Shown here piece by piece: positions 35,268 to 44,648 of a stretch of 64,000 nucleotides of DNA. Under the pieces are notes generated by a model. It had not been told where the DNA came from. It searched no databases and saw nothing but the letters and a program-made list of their open reading frames with translations. Every line of letters starts with the position of its first letter. The first letter of the stretch is position 1. The translations under genes and the position numbers were made by a program. The DNA comes from Betaproteobacteria bacterium (GTDB taxonomy: Bacteria; Pseudomonadota; Gammaproteobacteria; Burkholderiales; SG8-39), in assembly GCA_947467435.1 (NCBI GenBank), contig CANIIA010000003.1, forward strand, positions 12,215 through 76,214, given 5' to 3'.

Positions 35268-36047
35268 ATGAAAAACACCCCCGAAACCCCCACCAAACTC
35301 GCGGGCAAAACCGCCGTTGTCACAGGGGCCGGCAGCGGTATTGGCCGCGCCATCGCCGGCGCGCTGAGCGCAGCCGGTGCAAATATCGTGATCGCCGATT
35401 TGCACCATGCTGACGCAGCTGCACAAAGCCTGCGCAACAACGGGGCGCACGCGGTAGGCATCACTGCCGATATTGCCTCCGAAACTGGCAGTCTCGCCCT
35501 CGCTGAAACTGCGCAACGCGAATTTGGCGGCGCCGATATTTTGGTGAACAACGCAGCGATTTTCTCCAGCTTGATTCCCAAACCGTTTGAAGAAATCAGC
35601 GCAGAAGAATGGCGTCGAGTCATGGAGGTCAACACGTTAGGGCCGTTTCTGTGTTGCAAGGCACTACTGCCGTTACTGAAACAATCCAATGCAGCACGCA
35701 TCATCAACATCAGCTCGGGTGTCGCCTTTAAAGGCAACCCGTTGTATTTGCATTACGTGGCCAGCAAAGGTGCAGTGCTGTCGATGACCCGATCGCTGGC
35801 ACGCGAGCTCGGCGCGTATGGCATTTTGGTGAATGGCATTGCCCCGGGCTTTACCCTATCTGAGGGCGTACAAGCCAACGCCGCGTTGGTCGCTGGCGCG
35901 CGTGGCCCATCGTTGGCCGGACGCGTCTTGAACCGTGACATGTACCCCGATGATTTGTTGGGCGCTGCTGTCTTTTTTGCTGGACCCGACGCAGGGTTCA
36001 TCACCGGACAAACCTTGGTGATTGATGGCGGAGCGTATTTTCATTAA
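35268..36047 (+). CDS. short-chain dehydrogenase/reductase (SDR)
   Basis: 'VTGAGSGIGRAIA' (TGxxxGxG), 'NNAA' and 'YVASKGA' (YxxxK). Confidence 0.88.
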   Translation: MKNTPETPTKLAGKTAVVTGAGSGIGRAIAGALSAAGANIVIADLHHADAAAQSLRNNGAHAVGITADIASETGSLALAETAQREFGGADILVNNAAIFSSLIPKPFEEISAEEWRRVMEVNTLGPFLCCKALLPLLKQSNAARIINISSGVAFKGNPLYLHYVASKGAVLSMTRSLARELGAYGILVNGIAPGFTLSEGVQANAALVAGARGPSLAGRVLNRDMYPDDLLGAAVFFAGPDAGFITGQTLVIDGGAYFH

Positions 36048-36055
36048 CAACAATG

Positions 36056-37501
36056 TCACACCAGTATCGGTGGTCGATGCGCACGTAAATCAACACACTG
36101 CATCAGTCGATCAGCCAGACCCAAGAGTTGTGCATCAGAATTCCAGCGTCCAACCAATTGCAATCCCACAGGCAAGCCGCTGCGCGTAAAGCCAATCGGT
36201 ACGCTGATGGCTGGATGTCCGGTGAGATTAAATAAATTCAAGTAAGGCGCCCATGCTTCGCGCGGATCGCCTGCCATCGCACCATTGATCTGAATCGGCT
36301 CACTCGGCCCATGGGTGGCCAATAACGGCGCACAGGCGGTGACTGGTGTTGCCAACCACGCATGCTGATCGAACCAGGTTTGCACCGTGCGAAAGAGCGC
36401 GGTGCGCTTGTAGGTAGCCGCTAATAATTGTTGGCCACTGATTGCGCCGCCAGCACGGATGCCCTCAACAAAACCAGGGTCGAGTTGATCCTGCACTTGA
36501 TCAATTTGACTGAAGTAGCGCGCAGCCCAATTCGATTGTTGCAGCACGCGCCATGCCGGATCAGCGGATTCAACAGGCGTGGTGATCGGCTCAACCACTG
36601 CACCCGCGGCAGAAAGTTTGGCCAAGGCCGATTCACACAGTGCACGAATTTCATCATCGAGTACGCTATTACCCAACAAAGGTCGCCAAGCGATGCGCGC
36701 GCCTTGCGTGACAAACGGCGTACGCAAACTAGCCACAGCATGGGGCGCGGGCACACCAATCGAATGCGGATCGGCAGCATGCGCACCCGCTAGCACATCG
36801 AGCATCAATGCCACGTCGGGAACGCTTTTAGCCATCACGCCCAAATGAATGAAGTTATTAAAACCATCGGGCACTTGATTGTGTGGCACCAAACCCAAGG
36901 TGGGTTTTAACCCAAGCACACCACAACAAGCTGCAGGCAATCGCGTTGAGCAACCCGCATCGGTTGCCAAGGCAAGTGGCCCCATGTCGCAGGCCACAGC
37001 CACGGCAGCTCCCCCGGACGAACCACCGGGTGTATGCGCAGGATTCCATGGGTTACGCGTCACACCGGTGAGCGGCGAATCGGTGAGCAACTTAAAGGCA
37101 AATTCCGAGGTGGTGGTTTTACCTAATAAAATCGCGCCCGCTGACTTTAAACGTACCACCGCGGCCGCATCCACATCCGGTACGTTGTTGGCCATCAAAC
37201 GTGATCCCCAAGCAGTACGCACGCCTTTGGTGTTGATGATGTCTTTGACTGAAAACGGCACACCTGCTAACGGCCCCACCGCTTGACCGGCTTGAATCGC
37301 TGCATCCACCGCATCTGCCTGCGCCAGCGCGCTGTCATGGCACACCGTCACAAACGCATTGAGCGAGGCTTGAAGCGCATCAATACGCGCGAGCGCTGCA
37401 GACACCACATCGCGTGCACGCAAACGACCTGCGTGAATTTCGCGCGCCATGTCGATCGCGTTGAGCGGCATCGTGTTGGTAGATTGGGTATGATCGTTCA
37501 T
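36056..37501 (-). CDS. amidase signature (AS) family amidase
   Basis: 'GGSSGGAAVAVA' and the upstream 'KD...T' block of the Ser-cisSer-Lys triad. The start is refined to MNDHTQ (37501). Confidence 0.85.
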   Translation of the reverse strand: MNDHTQSTNTMPLNAIDMAREIHAGRLRARDVVSAALARIDALQASLNAFVTVCHDSALAQADAVDAAIQAGQAVGPLAGVPFSVKDIINTKGVRTAWGSRLMANNVPDVDAAAVVRLKSAGAILLGKTTTSEFAFKLLTDSPLTGVTRNPWNPAHTPGGSSGGAAVAVACDMGPLALATDAGCSTRLPAACCGVLGLKPTLGLVPHNQVPDGFNNFIHLGVMAKSVPDVALMLDVLAGAHAADPHSIGVPAPHAVASLRTPFVTQGARIAWRPLLGNSVLDDEIRALCESALAKLSAAGAVVEPITTPVESADPAWRVLQQSNWAARYFSQIDQVQDQLDPGFVEGIRAGGAISGQQLLAATYKRTALFRTVQTWFDQHAWLATPVTACAPLLATHGPSEPIQINGAMAGDPREAWAPYLNLFNLTGHPAISVPIGFTRSGLPVGLQLVGRWNSDAQLLGLADRLMQCVDLRAHRPPILV

Positions 37502-37530
37502 TGAAATTCTTTCACAACTGATGGTTAAAG

Positions 37531-38067
37531 GTGCAGAACAAACCACGTACAACTAAACGCACGCACGTGACGGCGCGCCAAGCGCGGGCGGTGGCACCCA
37601 AGCTGCCGCTGTGGTCGCGTCCGGGCTACTTGATTCGTCGCTTGCATCAATTGCACGATGCGTTGTGGGCCGAAGAATGCCGAGAAGCCAATCTCACGCC
37701 GGTGCAATACGGGTTGCTCTCGGCACTGGCCGTACGAGGTGAACTGGATCAAACCTCGCTCGCCGAAGCCTTGGGGTTGGATCGCACGAATGTGGCCGAA
37801 GTGTTGACGCGTTTGGCGCGTCGACAACTGATTCGACGCAAACCCGACCCTGCCGATGCGCGGGCACGCTTGGCGAGTTTGACCCCGCGAGGTCGCACCT
37901 TGACGGCGCGAATGTTTGCCGACATGCAACGTGCGCAAGACCGCTTGCTCGCGCCACTCAAGCAAACCGAGCGCGATCAATTTATGCACACGCTGCGCCA
38001 ATTGATCGAGGCCAACAACGATCACGGCCGCGCGCCCTTGCATCCGAAAAAAATTCAAACCGGATAA
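37531..38067 (+). CDS. MarR family transcriptional regulator
   Basis: wHTH core 'LTPVQYGLLSALAVRGELDQTSLAEALGLDRTNVAEVLTRLARRQLIRRKPDPADARA'. GTG start at 37531; a later start is possible. Confidence 0.85.
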   Translation: MQNKPRTTKRTHVTARQARAVAPKLPLWSRPGYLIRRLHQLHDALWAEECREANLTPVQYGLLSALAVRGELDQTSLAEALGLDRTNVAEVLTRLARRQLIRRKPDPADARARLASLTPRGRTLTARMFADMQRAQDRLLAPLKQTERDQFMHTLRQLIEANNDHGRAPLHPKKIQTG

Positions 38068-38564
38068 ACCAAGTCGTTCGCGATGAGTAGTGTGTCGTAC
38101 ACACACTGGCGGTTTTTGAGTAACAAACGCCCATTGACGCGCACAAACACATCAAAATAACGTCCTGCTTGATGCAATGTTGTGGGGCCATCCACCAGCG
38201 TCTGTAATAACTGGTAGTTCGCGCGCGCACGAATCGTTTCACCCTCCACAGCCACCACACACACATTGGTGACAAAGTGCTGCAAATATCGCGGCGCAAA
38301 CATCTGCGTGTGCTCAATGGCAAACGCACGATCACGAATCATGGCTTTACTATCGGCGTAGACCAAGCCAACGGGTAAGCCTTCATCGGCGTTTTCGCGC
38401 GCGGTAATGCGATACACCGCATCGTCAGTAAAAAACTCTGGCCACTGCTGCAATTGCCCACTGTCTAAGGCATGGGCATAGGCGGTGTGAAATTCTTCAA
38501 TTTCAAAGCGCAGCGCGCGAGCCTGCTGCACATCCACGGAGGTGAGTTCAAAACCAGGGTACAT
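38055..38564 (-). CDS. aromatic-ring-hydroxylating oxygenase beta (small) subunit
   Basis: 169 aa with a SnoaL/NTF2-like small-subunit pattern, 2 nt downstream of the alpha subunit. Confidence 0.8.
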   Translation of the reverse strand: MYPGFELTSVDVQQARALRFEIEEFHTAYAHALDSGQLQQWPEFFTDDAVYRITARENADEGLPVGLVYADSKAMIRDRAFAIEHTQMFAPRYLQHFVTNVCVVAVEGETIRARANYQLLQTLVDGPTTLHQAGRYFDVFVRVNGRLLLKNRQCVYDTLLIANDLVYPV

Positions 38565-38566
38565 GT

Positions 38567-39865
38567 TTAAAGCTCCATGATGTCGCGGTAATGGTGGTAC
38601 ATCGCACGAATGGCGGATTCGTCAATCAACGACGCCGTGGTGCCTTCGGTGGTGCCGCCTAACTTGAGAATGCCGCGATCGGCTGTCGAACGACGTACAC
38701 CTTCTTGCATGAATTTAATGGCCTCGTTGTCTTCTAAACCCAAAAATCCAGATGGCCCCATCAAATTTCCTTGACGCAAACGATGCGCTTGCATGTCCTC
38801 GGTATCGCCCTCATAACCAAACATGGTCCACAACATGATCATGCTGTGTGGCCCGTTCGGCACGATGTGACGTATTCCCAGGGTATTGAGTTCGCGCTGC
38901 ACGATGAGGTTAGGCCAGATGGTTTGCATGGTGACTGACCAAGGTGAATCAAACTCACGCACGTAATCAAGAAATCGCGGATCAGCGAGTTTGAAGTCAT
39001 CGCGATACGCACGCATCTGCGCTTTACTACTCTCATCGACAACACTCGCTACATCGTCGGGCTTGGCCGCCGCCATGGTGCCGTGTCGACCCACTGGACA
39101 TGCAATCATCGCGTTTTTGCTACCGGCCACCAGCAGACCAAAGCTCACTAAAAAGGAATGCAGCAACGTGGCGTGATACGGATCTTTTAAGTTCTCGTGA
39201 TACATCTTCCAGTTGCCCGGAAGTTCGTTGCGATAAAAACCCAGCACCTTTAACTTGCGGCCCTTAAACACCACCTCAAAGTCTTTCAGGATTTCTGGTG
39301 TGAGATAGTCCTCTAACGGCTCGACATCCTCTTTAAACGACGCAAACACCACGCCGTGTAATATGGCCACGCGCAATTTGCGCGGGTTGTGCTCTTCATT
39401 ACGAAAATCTTTCGGCATTCCACCGCCCACGCCTTTGATGCCGCGCTTAAACGGAATGCCTTGTAAATTACCTTTTAAGTCGTAAGACCAATTGTGATAC
39501 GGACACACTAACTCGGTGGCGTTACCGCGTTGTTTGCGACAAAACTCCACGCCGCGATGCGAACAACGATTTTCAAACACATGTACCGAACCATCGGTAT
39601 CGCGCGACACCACCACCGGGGTGGGTCCGACAAACGAGCGCTTGAAGTCACCGGCATTCGGAATCTCTGCTTCTAACGCCACAAAATTCCAAGTGCGGCC
39701 ATGAAAAATGCGTTCGACTTCACGCGCATAGATAGCGGGACTGGTGTATACCCAGTCAGGTATTTCCGTCAGACCCGCTGCGGGCCATTTGTATTCAACG
39801 TGTTCGTCCATCCGGTCTTTCGGGAACTGTCCGGGCTGACCAATCACAATGTCTGCGTTAAACAT
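38567..39865 (-). CDS. Rieske non-heme iron oxygenase alpha subunit, NagG (salicylate 5-hydroxylase)-like
   Basis: Rieske motif 'CSHRGVEFC...CPYHNWSY'. The blocks 'EAEIPNAGDFKR', 'GGGMPKDF' and 'PGNWKMYHENLKDPYH' recall NagG-type monooxygenases. Confidence 0.85.
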   Translation of the reverse strand: MFNADIVIGQPGQFPKDRMDEHVEYKWPAAGLTEIPDWVYTSPAIYAREVERIFHGRTWNFVALEAEIPNAGDFKRSFVGPTPVVVSRDTDGSVHVFENRCSHRGVEFCRKQRGNATELVCPYHNWSYDLKGNLQGIPFKRGIKGVGGGMPKDFRNEEHNPRKLRVAILHGVVFASFKEDVEPLEDYLTPEILKDFEVVFKGRKLKVLGFYRNELPGNWKMYHENLKDPYHATLLHSFLVSFGLLVAGSKNAMIACPVGRHGTMAAAKPDDVASVVDESSKAQMRAYRDDFKLADPRFLDYVREFDSPWSVTMQTIWPNLIVQRELNTLGIRHIVPNGPHSMIMLWTMFGYEGDTEDMQAHRLRQGNLMGPSGFLGLEDNEAIKFMQEGVRRSTADRGILKLGGTTEGTTASLIDESAIRAMYHHYRDIMEL

Positions 39866-39880
39866 GACGTGCTCCTACGA

Positions 39881-41140
39881 TCAATGCGTTGATGTCGATG
39901 GGGGTCCTGCGAGCAACTCTTTAAGCTTTAAGGTGGGGTCTGCGAGTTGCTCTGCGGACACCACGCGTTTTGATTCGATGAGTTTTTTTGCAAAACGAAT
40001 CTCTGCACCCTGATTCAAGGCAACCGCACACACCACGCGGCCCTCAACCAACGCAAACGCCAGCGCGCGTTCGGCGTTGGGCGCACCACGCCACACCGTC
40101 TGCGCAGTGGGTTCCCATGCGCCCGCCACTTGAATGTTGACGCCATGTTGATCGGACCAAAACCACGGCACTTCTGCGTAGGCCACTGGATTGGCGAGGA
40201 GCATATTTTGTGCAACTGTAATGGCCTGGTTTTGTGCGTTTTGCCACGATTCAAGTCGCACGCGACGACCCAACACCGCGTTTGGATGGTTGGTCACATC
40301 ACCCGCTGCCCATAGGCCCGAGACCGTGGTCCGACCGTAGGCATCCACCACGACCCCATCTGCAGACTGTGCGCCCGCCGCTTCGGCTAATTCGGTGTTT
40401 GGAATAATGCCAATGCCAATCACCACGACCTCTGCTGCGATGCGTGTTCCATCTGTGAGCCGCACAGCCGACACACCCAAGCCATCTTCGGTCGGTTCAA
40501 TGCTTGAGACTTGCGCATGGGTGTGCAGCGTCACGCCCTTTGCACGATGCAGCTGTGCAATTTGATCGGCAAGCGCTGCAGGTAAGGCACGCGCTAACAG
40601 CGTGGCTTCACGCTCTAACACACTCACCTGCATACCGCGTGCACACGCACTGGAAGCGACCTCTAAGCCGATGAACCCGCCACCAATGATCACCATCGAT
40701 CGTCCCGCTTGCATCTCGGTCGACAATCGTGCGCAATCGTCTAATGTGCGTAAGTAATACACGCCGGCACGCGGCGTTGGTGCGCAAGGTAAAGGACGCA
40801 CGCGACTCCCTGTCGTGAGCAAAAATTGGTCGCCCTGCAATCGTGATCCATCGGCCAATTGCACATAGCCTTCATGGGGCGCGATGGCCTCGACACGCAC
40901 ACCGGTACGCAAATCGATGCGTTGCGTTGACCAATACGTCGACGTTTCAACCAAGGCGCTGTCTGGCGATGCTTCGCCCAGTAACACCGCTTTAGAGAGC
41001 GCAGGACGCTCGTACGGCGGTGCGGTTTCTTCACCGATCAAGGTAATTTGTAGATCGGTATCGGCTGCGCGCAATGCTTGCGCGGCGCGCGCTCCCGCTT
41101 GACCGGCACCCACAATCACGATGTGTTGAATTCTAGACAT
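39881..41140 (-). CDS. FAD/NAD(P)H-dependent ferredoxin reductase
   Basis: 'VIVGAGQAGARAA' and a second 'IIGGGFIGLEVA' dinucleotide fold, plus a reductase C-terminal domain. Confidence 0.85.
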   Translation of the reverse strand: MSRIQHIVIVGAGQAGARAAQALRAADTDLQITLIGEETAPPYERPALSKAVLLGEASPDSALVETSTYWSTQRIDLRTGVRVEAIAPHEGYVQLADGSRLQGDQFLLTTGSRVRPLPCAPTPRAGVYYLRTLDDCARLSTEMQAGRSMVIIGGGFIGLEVASSACARGMQVSVLEREATLLARALPAALADQIAQLHRAKGVTLHTHAQVSSIEPTEDGLGVSAVRLTDGTRIAAEVVVIGIGIIPNTELAEAAGAQSADGVVVDAYGRTTVSGLWAAGDVTNHPNAVLGRRVRLESWQNAQNQAITVAQNMLLANPVAYAEVPWFWSDQHGVNIQVAGAWEPTAQTVWRGAPNAERALAFALVEGRVVCAVALNQGAEIRFAKKLIESKRVVSAEQLADPTLKLKELLAGPPSTSTH

Positions 41141-41145
41141 CGTGG

Positions 41146-41457
41146 TTAATCACCTAACTCAACCCAAACCTTACCTTCCTCGACTTTCACCGGGTACACA
41201 CGTAACGTACCGCTCACCGGTGCGCCGCACGCCGCACCTGTTTTGATCTCGAAGCGACCTTGATGCAACGGACATTCAATACAACCGTCTTCGATATAGC
41301 CATCGGACAAGCGCGCGTATTGGTGCGTACAGATGTTGTGGATCGCGTAAATCTGTCCGTCCAAACGACAAATCGCAATGTCGTGCGACCCAATCTGCAC
41401 GCCCAGCGCTTCCTCCTCTTGAATCGCCGCTTCATCTGCTAACGCTTGCCAAGCCAT
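41146..41457 (-). CDS. Rieske [2Fe-2S] ferredoxin
   Basis: 'CTHQYARL...CPLHQGRF'. The start is refined to MAWQAL (41457). Confidence 0.85.
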   Translation of the reverse strand: MAWQALADEAAIQEEEALGVQIGSHDIAICRLDGQIYAIHNICTHQYARLSDGYIEDGCIECPLHQGRFEIKTGAACGAPVSGTLRVYPVKVEEGKVWVELGD

Positions 41458-41628
41458 ACGCACCCCCGAATAATTGATCAGTGTACCGCGTATTTTAAGC
41501 CAAGGACGATCCAGAGGGCGTCTGTGGCGCAATGTGTAACGAGATAGGTGGCGTGATGACCCGCCGCGGGGCAGCGCTGCAAACACGCGCCCGCAACACG
41601 CCGATGCCACGTAGGGCTGCCAGCAGGT

Positions 41629-42489
41629 CTAGAAGAAATCGCTTGGTAAACGCAAACTCAGTAAGCCAAGTAAGACCAAAGTGCTGGCGAAGATTTTTTT
41701 TCGGGTCAATCGTTCGCCCAGAAATAGCGCAGCAAATACGGCACCAAACACCACCGCGGTTTCTCGTAAACACGCCACCAAGGCCACGGGGGCTTGGGTC
41801 ATCGCCCATAGCGCCGTGCCATAGGCACCAATCGAGCACAGCGCACCCATGCAAGCACGCAACCAATGGGCGCGGACATAGCGCAGCACGGGCGTGGCAT
41901 CGCGCCACAATCCAACGCCACCTTGCGTGAGTCCGTTGAGGACAAAGAACCACAGCACATAAGAAAACGCTGCCCCAGACAGGCGCACGCCTTGGGCATC
42001 AATTAAGGTGTAGGCCGCAATGACGACAGCATTGGCTAAGGCAAAGCGCAAGGCACTTGAAAAACGCGCAGGTTCACGCGAAGCCAATGTCGCAAAAGCC
42101 AAAATGCCGCCGCAGATCAGCACCAACGCCAGCACCTGAGAAGCGCCGAGGTGCTCATCAAATAACATCACTGCAGCCAACGCCGAGATCAGTGGACCGC
42201 CACCACGCATGATCGGATACGCAAAGGTCATCTCACCTTCTTGGTATGCGCGTGCGAGCAAATGAAAGTACGCGATGTGCACCAGCGCCGACGCCACAAT
42301 CCACGGCCAGGCCGCTTGCGCGGGCAAGGGCAGCCACAACACCGCAACGCTGGCCAACAGGCCGCGCATCAAATTGGTGGCGACGGTATCCAGTTGTGGG
42401 TCGCGCGATGCCTTCAGCAACACATTCCAACTGGCGTGCAAGATGGCCGAGGCCAACACCGCCGACATCACCCAAGGTGAAATTTCCAT
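41629..42489 (-). CDS. EamA/DMT superfamily transporter
   Basis: 10-TM profile with duplicated EamA halves. The start is refined to MEISPW (42489). Confidence 0.75.
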   Translation of the reverse strand: MEISPWVMSAVLASAILHASWNVLLKASRDPQLDTVATNLMRGLLASVAVLWLPLPAQAAWPWIVASALVHIAYFHLLARAYQEGEMTFAYPIMRGGGPLISALAAVMLFDEHLGASQVLALVLICGGILAFATLASREPARFSSALRFALANAVVIAAYTLIDAQGVRLSGAAFSYVLWFFVLNGLTQGGVGLWRDATPVLRYVRAHWLRACMGALCSIGAYGTALWAMTQAPVALVACLRETAVVFGAVFAALFLGERLTRKKIFASTLVLLGLLSLRLPSDFF

Positions 42490-42524
42490 CGTGTGAGTGT
42501 AGCGTCTCGCGCGACAATAGCGGC

Positions 42525-43415
42525 ATGCGCACACTGCATCGCCTGCCCCGTCACCCCGCACTTCGCGGCATCCTACTCATGGTGCTTGCCTTGGGTGCGT
42601 TTGCCATGATGGACACCATCGCAAAATATTTATCGCGCTGGTATCCGGTGCCCTCGATTGTTTGGGCACGCTACGCTTGTAATTTAGCGGTGCTGTGCGT
42701 GTATTTGGTGTTGACGCGCCGGTTTCATGTTTGGCGCACGCAACGCCCAACATTGCAAATTGCGCGCGGCGCGTTGTTGGCTGGTGCCACCACCATGTAC
42801 TTCACGTCGTTGTCCGTGATGCCGCTGACCGAAGCAGCGAGCATTGGCTTTGTGTTGCCCTTGTTTGTGGCTGCCTTGGCGGTTCCATTGCTCAAGGAAT
42901 ATCTTGATATGCCACGGCTACTCGCCATTCTGGCCGGCTTAGGGGGCGCGTTGATTATTGTGCGACCCGGTAGTGGTGTGTTTACTTGGTACGCCATTTT
43001 GCCGGTGGGCATGGCGCTCTGTAATGCGTTGTATCAAATCCTAACGCGCATGTTATCGGGCGTGGATGGATCGTTTACTTCGTTGTTTTATGGTTCGTTG
43101 GTTGGTGCGCTATTACTTTCATGCGCAGCGCCATGGTTTTGGGCGCCGCCAGAAAATCTTTGGCATGGTGGCTTGTTATTGGTGATGGGCATTTTGGCGA
43201 CGCTCGGGCATTTGGCCTTGATTCGGGCTTATGAGAGTGCCACCGCAACACTCCTTGCGCCGTTTGTGTATTCGCAACTGGTGTGGGTGATGATGTTGGG
43301 TTGGGTGGTGTTTGGTGACTTTCCAGATGGATGGTCACTTCTAGGCATGGGGATCATCGTTGCCTCTGGCTTATATACCGCCAACCGGCAACGCCTCACC
43401 GCTCGACGCAGCTAG
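42525..43415 (+). CDS. EamA/DMT superfamily transporter
   Basis: 'GILLMVLALGAFAMMDTIAKYL' and duplicated EamA halves. The start is refined to MRTLHRL (42525). The ORF-track N-terminal extension is antisense to the neighbouring gene. Confidence 0.75.
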   Translation: MRTLHRLPRHPALRGILLMVLALGAFAMMDTIAKYLSRWYPVPSIVWARYACNLAVLCVYLVLTRRFHVWRTQRPTLQIARGALLAGATTMYFTSLSVMPLTEAASIGFVLPLFVAALAVPLLKEYLDMPRLLAILAGLGGALIIVRPGSGVFTWYAILPVGMALCNALYQILTRMLSGVDGSFTSLFYGSLVGALLLSCAAPWFWAPPENLWHGGLLLVMGILATLGHLALIRAYESATATLLAPFVYSQLVWVMMLGWVVFGDFPDGWSLLGMGIIVASGLYTANRQRLTARRS

Positions 43416-43427
43416 ACCCAAGCGATC

Positions 43428-43456
43428 CATCGCAGCGCTTCATTGGCGCCGCGATG
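43428..43456. terminator. hairpin between convergent genes (possible bidirectional terminator, no clear U-tract)
   Basis: catcgc-a-gcgc ttcattg gcgc-c-gcgatg: 10 bp with one A/C mismatch. It sits between the stops of the DMT gene (43415) and the thiolase gene (43463). Confidence 0.3.
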
Positions 43457-43462
43457 CATTGA

Positions 43463-44647
43463 TTACATGCGTTCGAATATGGCGGCAATCCCTTGTCCAC
43501 CGCCAATGCACATCGTCACGAGTGCATAGCGTTTTTGTACGCGTTGCAATTCGTATAACGCTTTCACGGTCAGCACCGCGCCTGTGGCACCAATCGGATG
43601 ACCTAAGGCCACCGCGCCACCATTGGGATTCACCTGAGCTGGATCTAATTCCAAATCGCGTGTCACCGCCATGGCTTGCACCGCAAACGCTTCATTGGAC
43701 TCGACCACGTCCATATCTGCAGGCTTTAGACCCGATTTACGAAAGACTTCGCGCACCGCAGGGATCGGACCCAGCCCCATCACTTCGGGTTGCACACCAG
43801 CGTGGGCATAGGCCACCAATCGTGCCATCGGTTGCACACCGGCTTGAAGCGCTGCTGTTGCCTCCATCATCATAATCGCTGCACCCGCATCGTTTAAGCC
43901 AGAGGCGTTGCCGGCAGTGACGGTACCTTCTTTTTTGAATACTGCCTTGAGTTTTTGCAGGTCTTCAATTTTTGCATTGGGTCGCACGTGCTCATCAGCG
44001 GTGTACGCCACTGGACCTTGTTTTGATTTCAATGCAATCGGCGTGATCTGGCTCACAAAATATCCGGCGGCGTTGGCGCGCGCAGCGCGGTGATGGCTCT
44101 CGAGCGCGTACGCATCTTGTTCTTCACGCGTGATGCCATAACGCGCCGCGATATTTTCAGCAGTGATTCCCATATGACCATGACCAAATGGATCATGTAG
44201 CGCACCAGTCATGGCATCAACGACCGCACCATCGCCCATGCGTTGGCCCCAACGACCTGCCGGCAAAAAATACGCCGCACGGCTCATGCTTTCAGCACCA
44301 CCACCAATCACTGTATCGGTGTCACCCAGCAGAATATGTTGAGCTGCAGAGACAATGGCTTGCAGACCAGAACCGCACAATCGATTCACCGTTAAGCACG
44401 GCGTACCAACCGCGAGCCCTGCATCCATCGCTGCCACCCGCGACAAATACATATCGCGTGCTTCGCCATGAATCACACTGCCCATCACCACATGCCCAAC
44501 ACGCGCGGGATCAATGCCCGCGCGATCCACCACCGCACGAATGGCTGTGGCACCCAACTGGGTGGCCGGAATGTCTTTGAGTGCACCACCATAATCGCCA
44601 ATGCCTGTGCGCACCCCGGCTACAACCACCACCTCACGTTGTCCCAT
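43463..44647 (-). CDS. acetyl-CoA C-acyltransferase (thiolase II, BktB-like second copy)
   Basis: 'NRLCGSGLQA' active-site Cys and C-terminal 'CIGGGQGIA'. The start is refined to MGQREVV (AAAGGAG upstream). Confidence 0.88.
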   Translation of the reverse strand: MGQREVVVVAGVRTGIGDYGGALKDIPATQLGATAIRAVVDRAGIDPARVGHVVMGSVIHGEARDMYLSRVAAMDAGLAVGTPCLTVNRLCGSGLQAIVSAAQHILLGDTDTVIGGGAESMSRAAYFLPAGRWGQRMGDGAVVDAMTGALHDPFGHGHMGITAENIAARYGITREEQDAYALESHHRAARANAAGYFVSQITPIALKSKQGPVAYTADEHVRPNAKIEDLQKLKAVFKKEGTVTAGNASGLNDAGAAIMMMEATAALQAGVQPMARLVAYAHAGVQPEVMGLGPIPAVREVFRKSGLKPADMDVVESNEAFAVQAMAVTRDLELDPAQVNPNGGAVALGHPIGATGAVLTVKALYELQRVQKRYALVTMCIGGGQGIAAIFERM

Positions 44648-44648
44648 C

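Noticed and set aside
35114-35737. 207-aa minus-strand ORF overlapping the SDR gene
   Set aside because: It is fully antisense to a CDS with clear SDR motifs (TGxxxGxG, YxxxK). Its composition is Ala/Ser/Pro-rich with no motif, which is typical of GC-rich antisense shadow ORFs.
43360-43875. 171-aa plus-strand ORF overlapping the end of the DMT gene and the thiolase
   Set aside because: It is out of frame with, or antisense to, two well-supported genes. It is Arg/Pro-rich.
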